Below, in pieces: positions 31,734 to 39,453 of a DNA stretch of 64,000 nt. The stretch comes from an uncultured Acidimicrobiaceae bacterium (lineage in GTDB: Bacteria; Actinomycetota; Acidimicrobiia; Acidimicrobiales; RAAP-2): NCBI GenBank assembly GCA_963767195.1, contig CAVYDA010000003.1:254276-318275 (forward strand). Reading direction: 5' to 3'. The position numbers were made by a program, and so were the translations under genes. The notes below the pieces were generated by a model. It was not told the DNA's origin. It ran no database searches and saw only the letters and a program-made list of their open reading frames with translations. Every line of letters starts with the position of its first letter. The stretch's first letter is position 1.

Positions 31734-31969
31734 CATCCTCACGCCTCACCTGGGAACTTCCAATAGCAATTGCTTGCCAACGCAAATAGATTCGGATACG
31801 CTTAACTCCGGATACTCGAGCGAGCCCGGTGAATCGGATGTCAAAGCAGGGCACCCTGCAGCGGCGAGCCATAGCGCGAGCGAGTGGTTGGCGGTGTCGC
31901 AGAACCGCAGCTCAATACGCCAGAGCCGAACGAACTCGAGGGAACAGCGGAGAAGAGGGAGGGTAAACG

Positions 31970-32629
31970 ATGACGAGCGACTTGGGTGTCTGGACAGCGG
32001 ATGATTGCGCCTTGGTATTGATCGACTACCAGAAGGAGATGTTCGAGGTCATACGATCGGAAACGAACGCCGACCTGGTCGAGCTGCACGTTCGGCTGCT
32101 GGCCAAAACCGCGAACGCATTCAACATGCCGATTGTCTTGTCGACGGTGGGCGTCCAATTCGGATTCAACGGACCCACGCTCCCCTCGGTCCTCGCCGAA
32201 CTTGATGGAATCGAGCCAATCGATCGGTCCTCAATGAACGCGTTCGAGGATCAGGCATTTCGCGAGGCCGTGAAGTCAACGGGGCGCAAGCGACTGATCA
32301 TTGGCGGACTTCACACAGAGATCTGCCTGTCGTTCGCAACCGTTCAAGCACTGAAGGACGGGTACGACGTCTTGTACGTCACCGACGCCGTCGGCGGGCG
32401 GTCCCAGGCCGCACACCGAACCGGCATCGAACGTCTGGCGCACGCAGGTGCGGTTCCGACCACGGCGCTCGCCGTCGTCACCGAGCTCTTCCGCGACTGG
32501 GCTGGACCGCTGGCGGCGCCCGCCCTCGACGTGATCCATTGGTACTTCCGTGAGGTTCCAAAGCTGACTGATCAGGTGGGCGTCGCGGAGGCGGAGAAGC
32601 TCGCTGCGTCAGCTGAGAGCGTGCACTGA
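31970..32629 (+). CDS. isochorismatase-family cysteine hydrolase (YcaC-like)
   Basis: ALVLIDYQKEMF, RSSMNAFED and the LIIGGLHTEICLSFATVQAL catalytic Cys context. Confidence 0.85.
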   Translation: MTSDLGVWTADDCALVLIDYQKEMFEVIRSETNADLVELHVRLLAKTANAFNMPIVLSTVGVQFGFNGPTLPSVLAELDGIEPIDRSSMNAFEDQAFREAVKSTGRKRLIIGGLHTEICLSFATVQALKDGYDVLYVTDAVGGRSQAAHRTGIERLAHAGAVPTTALAVVTELFRDWAGPLAAPALDVIHWYFREVPKLTDQVGVAEAEKLAASAESVH

Positions 32630-32874
32630 GGTGTCAAGCCGGCTCGCTTGAAAAGTCTGCGTCCTCACCGGAACGGGTGGGAGCATGGGGCGCGCTACCG
32701 CCCTCACCTTCGCCCGGGGCGTCGGTCGTTGGCCCTTTCCGCCTTCTCGGCCATGGGCGTCTTCGCCGCCCATCAGGTTGGGCGCTGCTCGGACGCCGAT
32801 CTCGAGTCTTGGAGCAGGCCGCGTAGACCGAATCGGCCGAGGGTTCCGAGTCGACAGTGGCTCCGAGGATCCGT

Positions 32875-34239
32875 TTAGCGGGTCAGCCGCCACCACACGC
32901 CGGGCTGTGGCAGCGGACTCTCGGTTCGTAGCTCCACCGGGGGAGTGGAGCCGCTTCCGCCGCCGGCCCGCAACGTCCCGACCTGCGTCCCTTTGGGGAT
33001 GGAGCCGTTGGTCGCATCCAACGTGCGCGGTCGTGCGTCGAGCGAAACGGCGAGGCCAGGCCACCCGATCATGCTGACCGGGTCGGCGACCGTCACCGGC
33101 GCCGTCGCCCACGGAGTCTCGACTTCCCCGGCGCGCTGGCCCGGAGCGACGACGGTGACGGGATGGAGGGTGGCGAAGGCGCTCTTCACCAACGCATCGC
33201 CGGCGTCGACGGCTGAGGTGTTCGGTCCGAGCGCCCCGGCTGGTTGCCCCAAAACGGCGCCGACGACGGTGACGTTCCTGCCGTCAATATCCTGTTGGGC
33301 CGCGAAGAGATAGCAGCCGCCTGCGGTCGAGTCCGACCCCGTCTTAATGCCGACGATGCCGTCGCGCCCCAGGTCGAAATTGAGGTTGTACACGACGGCA
33401 GTCATAGGGACGCTGGCCTGCCCCAAAGAGACGATCTGGCGGAGAACGGGGATCGACAACGAGGCCTCGCCGAGATGCACGAGGTCGTTGGCCGTGCTGA
33501 CGGTGCCGGACGCGACCCCGCTCGGGTCCGTAACGTGCGTCGAGGAGAGTCCGAGTCTGGCCGCGGCGGTATTCATCTTGGCGACGAAGGCCGGGACAGT
33601 GGTGGCGTCCCACTCGGCCAGGAGAGTCGCCATGTCCGCCCCGGAGTCGACGAGCAACCCTTCGAGGGCCTGGAGCTCGGTCAGCGACTCTCCGGCCGTG
33701 ACGGCGACCTCGGACTCCTGGCTCACCTGACCGAGGTGGTACGAGGTGACGGTGTCCGCCGTCACCGGGATCTCTGGTCCGTCGGCACCCGGGGCCAGCG
33801 GGTGGTCCGACAGCACCACGTAGGCGGCCAGGACCTCAATCAGCCCGGCGACCGGCACCGGCTGGTCTCCGTGTACCTGACCCAAGGTTCCGACCCCGTC
33901 GACTCCCACTGCCGCCTCGCCCGCGCTGGGCCATGGCAGGACCGGGGCCGCTCCTGGAATCTGGACGTCAGCCGTCTGCACGGTGGCGTGCGGTAACGGA
34001 CGAACCCATTGCACGACCGCTCCGGCGACGAGCGCCGCGACCACGAGGACCGATCCCCACGCCAGCACATGACGGCGCCGCCGCGAAGCACGTAGACCCG
34101 AGACGATGTGCAATCCGTCGTCTCGTGACGGCGGGAGCTGGGTGCCGAGCTTGCTCAATCTCTCTTCGCTCTGCGGAGTCACCGGGCGGCCGCGGGCGTG
34201 GGCGGGGCCTTTCCGGCTCGTACCTTCTTCCCCGTTCAT
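32875..34239 (-). CDS. D-alanyl-D-alanine carboxypeptidase (S11) homologue with substituted catalytic motifs
   Basis: N-terminal TM segment. Family-typical AAYVVLSDHPLAPGADGPEIPVTA, LTELQALEGLLV, STANDLVHLG and GIKTGSDSTAGGCYLFAA (KTG). The SxxK position reads AGLIEV and the SxN position reads DSGAD. Confidence 0.8.
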   Translation of the reverse strand: MNGEEGTSRKGPAHARGRPVTPQSEERLSKLGTQLPPSRDDGLHIVSGLRASRRRRHVLAWGSVLVVAALVAGAVVQWVRPLPHATVQTADVQIPGAAPVLPWPSAGEAAVGVDGVGTLGQVHGDQPVPVAGLIEVLAAYVVLSDHPLAPGADGPEIPVTADTVTSYHLGQVSQESEVAVTAGESLTELQALEGLLVDSGADMATLLAEWDATTVPAFVAKMNTAAARLGLSSTHVTDPSGVASGTVSTANDLVHLGEASLSIPVLRQIVSLGQASVPMTAVVYNLNFDLGRDGIVGIKTGSDSTAGGCYLFAAQQDIDGRNVTVVGAVLGQPAGALGPNTSAVDAGDALVKSAFATLHPVTVVAPGQRAGEVETPWATAPVTVADPVSMIGWPGLAVSLDARPRTLDATNGSIPKGTQVGTLRAGGGSGSTPPVELRTESPLPQPGVWWRLTR

Positions 34240-34320
34240 GACGGGAACGCTATGGCCGCACCGGGTCGGCGAGGGTGCACCCGGTCCGACACGCTGCGGT
34301 ATCCCGGACCAAGGTCAGTC

Positions 34321-34355
34321 GGTGGCTGGTGGCTGGTGGCTGGTGGCTGGTGGCA
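34321..34355. repeat. heptanucleotide microsatellite (GGTGGCT) x4 plus a variant unit
   Basis: ggtggct repeats four times at 34321-34348, then ggtggca. It lies in the divergent intergenic region between the PBP-like and MFS genes. Confidence 0.9.
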
Positions 34356-34611
34356 GTCGGCGGCTGGCAATCGGGCCCGTTGACTCGCGGTCGGCCCGTG
34401 CCGTCGACTCGGCCGAGCCAAACGCCGGAGCACGGCTGAGCGCAACGCACGGGGGTGAGGCCAACGCTGAGCGGTGAGGGTAACGGTGAGCGCCGGCCGC
34501 AACGCCCGGTTTTGAATGTTTGGAGCCCGTTGGGACGCGGACGCCTGCCCGCAGAATGATGGACTCGGGGCCAAGATCCGCGCGACACCCCACCGGTAGC
34601 GTCGGAGGCCC

Positions 34612-35940
34612 GTGACCGAACGAGAGCGCAGGCCGAGAACCGGCGCAACAGGCCCGGCTGGCCCGCAACCCCCGGCATCGCCGCCGGAGGTCGACCCGGA
34701 GGTCCAGCGGGAGCCCGAACACACGCCCGCGCCGCGCGTCCCGCTTCGGCGCAATCGCGACTTCGTCCTGCTCCAGGCGGGCCAGCTGCTGTCGAACGCC
34801 GGCACTCAGGCGGCGACCATCGCCTTCCCGCTCCTCGTCCTGGCCCTGACCCATTCGGCTGTCAAGGCCGGCGTGGTGTCGTTCGCCCGCACCGCGCCGA
34901 TGGCGCTGCTCGCTCTCCCAGCCGGGGTGGCCGCCGACCACTGGAGCCGGCGCGCCCTCATGGTGGGCTCGGATGTGGTGCGAGCTGCGGCCATCGGAGG
35001 ACTCGCGGCCAGCCTCGCCTTGTCGGACACCTCGTACTGGCTGATCGTCGTCATCGCGTTTGTCGAGGGCGCGGGAACCGCGGTGTTCCTGGCCGCCCAC
35101 CCCGGAGCGCTCCGGGCTGTGGTCCCGACGGAGCAGCTGCCCGAGGCGGCGGGAGCGCAGAGCGGCCGCCAGGCTGTCGTACGCATCGTCGGCCCGCCGC
35201 TCGGGGGCGTCCTCTACGAACTCGGCCGCGCCCTGCCCTTCGTGGCCGACGCCTGCTCTTATGCGTGCTCGACGGTCTCGCTGCTGCTCATGCGGGCGCG
35301 CTTCCAGGAGGACCGGTCTCGGGAATCGGGACCCTTCTTTGGCCGAATCGAGGAAGGGCTCGCCTTCACGTGGCGGCAGGCGTTCCTCCGGGTGACCGCG
35401 TTCCTCTACGGGCTCCTCAACTTCACCGGCGCGGGGCTCCTCTTCTGCATCGTGGTCATCGGCCAGGGCCAGGGTCTGCGCGGGGGCGAGCTCGGACTGC
35501 TCACCGCCGTGTTTGCGGTGAGCGTGCTCGTGGGCTCGCTGGCGTCCCCCGCCGTGCGGCGGATGCTGTCCGTGCGCGGCGTCTTCCTGCTCGAGATATG
35601 GACTTGGACCGGCTGTGCCGCCTTTCTCATTTGGCCGCGTGCCGTCGTCCTTGCGGTGAGCCTGGTTCCGGTGGGCCTGGCCATTCCGTCCACCGATTCG
35701 GTGGTCAACGGGTACCGCATTGCGGTCACTCCCGACCGTCTGCTCGGCCGTGTCGAGTCCGTCCGGGGTGCCATCGCGCTCTCCACCGGCGCACTGGCTC
35801 CACTTGTCGCTGGGCTTCTGCTCCAGCACTCGACCCCGAGGTGGACCGTCGCCCTCTTCGCCGCCTGGGCCTGCGGCCTGGCGTTGTGGGGGACATGGAG
35901 CGCCGCCCTGCGCACGCCACCTGCCTTGCAATCCAGATAA
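34612..35940 (+). CDS. MFS transporter
   Basis: 442 aa with about 12 hydrophobic helices and a Pro/Arg-rich cytoplasmic N-terminus. NRDFVLLQAGQLLSNAGTQ is typical of EntS/DUF894-type MFS proteins. Confidence 0.85.
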   Translation: MTERERRPRTGATGPAGPQPPASPPEVDPEVQREPEHTPAPRVPLRRNRDFVLLQAGQLLSNAGTQAATIAFPLLVLALTHSAVKAGVVSFARTAPMALLALPAGVAADHWSRRALMVGSDVVRAAAIGGLAASLALSDTSYWLIVVIAFVEGAGTAVFLAAHPGALRAVVPTEQLPEAAGAQSGRQAVVRIVGPPLGGVLYELGRALPFVADACSYACSTVSLLLMRARFQEDRSRESGPFFGRIEEGLAFTWRQAFLRVTAFLYGLLNFTGAGLLFCIVVIGQGQGLRGGELGLLTAVFAVSVLVGSLASPAVRRMLSVRGVFLLEIWTWTGCAAFLIWPRAVVLAVSLVPVGLAIPSTDSVVNGYRIAVTPDRLLGRVESVRGAIALSTGALAPLVAGLLLQHSTPRWTVALFAAWACGLALWGTWSAALRTPPALQSR

Positions 35941-36127
35941 AATCTATGATATTCCTTGGATTTAGGTGCGCCCCCCGACCGCGGACGGGAGCAGGGTGCC
36001 CCGGGTCAGGCTCGCCTCCGGCTCCCTCCGGTCCCTGAACTGCCGGGGCACCCCGCTCCCGGCCGACGGCATCAACGTCCCAGCGTGAGCGGCGACGGCG
36101 AGCAACGGCAATAGTCTCGGCGCCACC

Positions 36128-37309
36128 GTGGACCCGTCCGGAACACCATCGCCATCGCCATCGCCATCGCCATCGCCATCGCCGGCCCGGTCGACGCTCT
36201 TGCACAGCGCGGCCGATGTCACCCCCGAGTGGCTCACAGCCGCCCTTCAGGGCTCCGGGCTTTTAGGCCCCGACGCCGCGGTCGCCGATTTCGAGGCGAG
36301 CCAGATCGGGACCGGCCAAATGGCCGACACGACGCGGTTTTCGCTGTCCCTCGACCCACCGCCACCGCCATCGGCCACCACGGCGTCGACCACTGATCGC
36401 AGACCGCCACGCAGTGTCGTCGGAAAGTTCGCATCCGCTGACGACCAGAGTCGCGGCACGGGCCTCGCGCTCCGGGCCTACGAGATAGAGGTCCGCTTCT
36501 ACCGCGAGGTCGCACGCCGCGTCGCCACCCGCGTCCCCGTCGCGTACGCCGCCGAGATCGAGCCGGAGACCGGATGGTTCACGCTCCTGCTCGAGGACAT
36601 CGTCGGCGGCGTCCAGGGTGACCAGATAGAGGCATGCGGACCCGACACCGCAGCTGCTGTGCTCGACGAGATGGCGGGTCTCCACGCGCCCTGCTGGGAG
36701 GATCCCGACCTCGCCGCGCTGGGCTGGCTCAACCGCAACTCGCCCGAGACCGACGCCATGCTCACCGCGCTCGTGTCCACGCTGTTGCCCGGGTTCCTCG
36801 AGCGCTACGCCGACACGCTCGCCCCCGAACACCAGGACGTCTGCCGCCTCTACGCCGAGCACCTCCCGGCGTGGTCCCGCTTGCGTACCGGACCGTCCAC
36901 CGCGACGCACGGCGACTTCCGGCTCGACAACCTCCTCTTCCAACCCGGGAACCCCCGGCCGGTCGTCGTCGACTGGCAGACGCTCGCCTGGGGTGGCGGG
37001 TCCGTCGACGTCGCCTACTTCGTGGGCGGTTGCCTCACCGTCGAGGACCGTCGCACCCACGAGTCCGACCTCCTTTCCCACTACCACGATTCGCTGTGTG
37101 CTCGGGGGGTCACCGACTACTCGCTCGAACAGCTGCGCGAGGACTACCGGCGCGAAACCTTCGCGGGCATCCTCATGGCCATCGTCGCCTCCATGGTCGT
37201 GCAGCGCACCGAGCGTGGCGATCTGATGTTCCTCACCAGCGCCACCCGCCACGCCCAGCACGCACTCGACCTCGATGCCCCGGCCATGCTCCTCGACGCC
37301 GACCGGTGA
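36128..37309 (+). CDS. phosphotransferase-family (APH/CHK-like) kinase
   Basis: VTPEWLTAAL N-terminus, HGDFRLDNLLF catalytic loop and VVDWQTLAWG. The start is uncertain: the GTG at 36128 gives a (PS)6 tail, and an in-frame TTG lies near 36200. Confidence 0.8.
   Translation: MDPSGTPSPSPSPSPSPSPARSTLLHSAADVTPEWLTAALQGSGLLGPDAAVADFEASQIGTGQMADTTRFSLSLDPPPPPSATTASTTDRRPPRSVVGKFASADDQSRGTGLALRAYEIEVRFYREVARRVATRVPVAYAAEIEPETGWFTLLLEDIVGGVQGDQIEACGPDTAAAVLDEMAGLHAPCWEDPDLAALGWLNRNSPETDAMLTALVSTLLPGFLERYADTLAPEHQDVCRLYAEHLPAWSRLRTGPSTATHGDFRLDNLLFQPGNPRPVVVDWQTLAWGGGSVDVAYFVGGCLTVEDRRTHESDLLSHYHDSLCARGVTDYSLEQLREDYRRETFAGILMAIVASMVVQRTERGDLMFLTSATRHAQHALDLDAPAMLLDADR
36146..36181 (+). repeat. hexanucleotide repeat (CCATCG) x6
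   Basis: Six perfect units. If translated from the GTG at 36128 they encode (Pro-Ser)6. Confidence 0.9.
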
Positions 37310-37830
37310 CCGACCTCTTGGTGCTGTGCACCGGCAACGCGGCGCGCTCGGTCATGGCCGGGTTCATGCTGGAGCACCTGAGGGACGGCCGCCCCGATCC
37401 GCTCCACGTCGTCACGGCGGGGACCCATTCCATCGACGGACAGCCGATGGGCCTGCGCACCCGCACGGCGCTGGCCCGCATCCCCGAGCTCGCGGGCACC
37501 GACTTCCGCCGTCACCGCAGCCGGCAGGTGCACGCGGCCGACATGGTCCGGGCCGAGCTCGTCGTCGTCATGGAGGCCGACCACGTGCGCTATGTCCGAC
37601 GCGTGCATCCGGCCCACGCCGGCAAGACCGCGACCATCCGACGACTGTGCTGTGATCTTTCCCCGTCGCCGCCACCGCTGCACGAGCGGATCGTCGCGCT
37701 GGGACTCGCCGAGGCAGAGCTGAGCGACACCGAAGACGTGCTCGATCCCGCCGGCCAGGAGGACGATGTCTACGCCGCGTGTGCGGACGAGCTGTGGGGG
37801 CTCTGCCGGCGCCTCGTCACGCTCGTCTGA
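37306..37830 (+). CDS. low-molecular-weight protein-tyrosine phosphatase / ArsC-like
   Basis: The GTG overlaps the kinase stop (GTGA). P-loop LVLCTGNAARSVMAG (CX5R-S) and a DP motif (VLDPAG). Confidence 0.85.
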   Translation: MTDLLVLCTGNAARSVMAGFMLEHLRDGRPDPLHVVTAGTHSIDGQPMGLRTRTALARIPELAGTDFRRHRSRQVHAADMVRAELVVVMEADHVRYVRRVHPAHAGKTATIRRLCCDLSPSPPPLHERIVALGLAEAELSDTEDVLDPAGQEDDVYAACADELWGLCRRLVTLV

Positions 37831-37888
37831 CCCGAGTCGGGTCGGTGTGCGTATGCCCGACTACTCGGGCGTGCGTCTGACCCGAGTC
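37824..37888. repeat. 15-nt perfect direct repeat flanking palindromic hairpins
   Basis: cgtctgacccgagtc occurs at 37824-37838 (contains the phosphatase TGA) and at 37874-37888 (abuts the TetR stop). Between them lie the palindromes gacccgaGtcgggtc and gcccga-ctac-tcgggc. Confidence 0.8.
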
Positions 37889-38522
37889 AGTCGGAGTGGA
37901 CCGAGCGCAGGCCCGCCCAGGCGAGGTCGGCCATGCGTCGGGCGAGCCGCAGGGCCTCCTCCTCGAGCGCACCGTCGCCCTTGCCCTCCCGGCGCTGGGC
38001 CATGAAGCGGCGGGATGCGCCCTCAGCCATGCCGACGATGCCGTAAGCCAGGAGCCTCCGGTGATCGTCGTCGAGCCCGGCCGCGATGAGCGGGTCGATG
38101 GCTTCCGCGATCGCGTCCTCGACGGCGCGCAATGCCCGGCCCAGTTCGGGGTCGTCCTGATCGCGCCCGTAGAGCAACCGGAATTCGGCCTCCTTGCTCA
38201 CGACGAGGCGAAAGTACGCGGCGAAGCCCAGCTCCACCTGCTGGCGCGGCCCGTCGGCCTCCATGACGGCCTCGCGCACAGCCGTCAGGAGCTCGCGGGC
38301 GATGGAGTCGACCAGCTCCAGGTACAGCGCCCGCTTCGAGGAGAAGTGCTGGTACAGCAGGGGCTTGGTCACGCCGGCCGCGTCGGCGATGTCGTCCATG
38401 GTGGTGGCCCGGTACCCGCGGCGGGCGAACAACTCGAGTGCCACCGCGACGAGCTGCTGGCGGCGCTGGTCCGCGGTCAACCGGCGCGTCGGAGCCTGCA
38501 TCGTCCCTGCCATGGAACTCAC
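37887..38522 (-). CDS. TetR-family transcriptional regulator
   Basis: HTH region ALELFARRGYRATTMDDIADAAGVTKPLLYQHFSSKRALY. Confidence 0.9.
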   Translation of the reverse strand: MSSMAGTMQAPTRRLTADQRRQQLVAVALELFARRGYRATTMDDIADAAGVTKPLLYQHFSSKRALYLELVDSIARELLTAVREAVMEADGPRQQVELGFAAYFRLVVSKEAEFRLLYGRDQDDPELGRALRAVEDAIAEAIDPLIAAGLDDDHRRLLAYGIVGMAEGASRRFMAQRREGKGDGALEEEALRLARRMADLAWAGLRSVHSD

Positions 38523-38577
38523 GTTACCGGCCGGTCATCGGCCGGAGCCGGGACGGGCTGTGGGTCTCAGGGAATGC

Positions 38578-39399
38578 TCATCGCCGCCGGGCCAGGTAGA
38601 TCACCGCATCTTCCACCTTGGTGACCGATCCGCCGAACTCCTCGACGATCGTTCTGGCCAGGGCTTCGTACTGCTCCTCGCTCCGCTGCCCGCCGTAGGT
38701 GCGGGTGACCGCGACGTAGGTCGAGGCGTCGAGGGTGCGGGCGAAGGGGTGGTGGGAGGTACGGAGCTCGCCGAAGCGGCCGTCTTCGATGACCGGTTGG
38801 AGCGACGCGACCACGTTGTCCCAACGCTTCGGCCACGGTGCGCCGAAGAGGTCCGCCAGACGCTCTTCGAAGCGCCGTGGACCCCAGGCGACCACCTCCG
38901 TCCACACCAGTGCCAGACTGCCGCCACCCTGCAGCAGTCGCGCCGCGCGATCCAGCGCGACCGGGGGCTCGACCCAGTGCCACGCGTTGAACGCAGCCAG
39001 CAGGCTCGCCCGATCGGGTAGCGGACAATCCTCGAACCGCTGGACCACGACGCGACCGCGATCGCCGAGCTTCGACTCGGCGATCTCCGCCAGCTCGCGT
39101 GAAGGCTCGACCGCGGTCACGTCGAGTCCGCGCTCCACCAACGGCACGGTGGCGATGCCGGTGCCGGTGCCGATCTCGACCACCACGTCGCCCGGACCCA
39201 CCCCGCTCTCACGTACGAGCGTGTCGAACATTGTCCCTGGGTAACGCGGCCGGTACCGGTCGTAGTCGAGTGCGTGTGCGGCGAATCGTGCCGACGCCAG
39301 CTGGGCCTCTCGCCATGCTTCGGGCACGCCCGAGTATGGCGCAGCGCCCTCCCGACTCCGTGCCGTAGCGAAAGCCCACTGTGCGTCGCGGAAGCCCAC
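38578..39399 (-). CDS. class I SAM-dependent methyltransferase
   Basis: Motif I VVEIGTGTGIATVPL, a post-I acidic residue (VTAVEPS), and AFNAWHWV. Confidence 0.8.
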   Translation of the reverse strand: MGFRDAQWAFATARSREGAAPYSGVPEAWREAQLASARFAAHALDYDRYRPRYPGTMFDTLVRESGVGPGDVVVEIGTGTGIATVPLVERGLDVTAVEPSRELAEIAESKLGDRGRVVVQRFEDCPLPDRASLLAAFNAWHWVEPPVALDRAARLLQGGGSLALVWTEVVAWGPRRFEERLADLFGAPWPKRWDNVVASLQPVIEDGRFGELRTSHHPFARTLDASTYVAVTRTYGGQRSEEQYEALARTIVEEFGGSVTKVEDAVIYLARRR

Positions 39400-39453
39400 T
39401 GTGGTCGCGAAAGCCCATTGCGACTCGAAGACGGCACTGACCGGACCGCGGAA

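Noticed and set aside
31223-31742. Protein-like minus-strand fragments in the 31.2-31.97 kb spacer, for example ...ATYMTRISISPETPTRAPRQWGRAFGEEAASISGAPDG... and ...PLSIKTGVDTVIGDVLAWSDALAPLGWNAKAA*.
   Set aside because: The fragments lie in different frames and I could not assign them to any family or assemble a credible gene. They are not called as a feature.
11100-32650. Calling the lower-GC block a mobile genomic island or prophage.
   Set aside because: I found no integrase, transposase, tRNA target, flanking direct repeats or phage genes. The GC evidence comes from hand counts of single lines only. It is reported as a compositional mosaic, not as a mobile element.
36634-37305. The 398-aa ORF 36634..37830 as a long phosphatase, and the 468-aa ORF 60976..62382 as a long Mrp.
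   Set aside because: Only the part from the GTG at 37306 carries the LMW-PTP fold. The upstream part is an out-of-frame overlap of the kinase gene. Likewise the Mrp N-terminus (DUF59-like) lies in another frame starting at 61218. The 60976 extension overlaps the SufR-like gene on the opposite strand.
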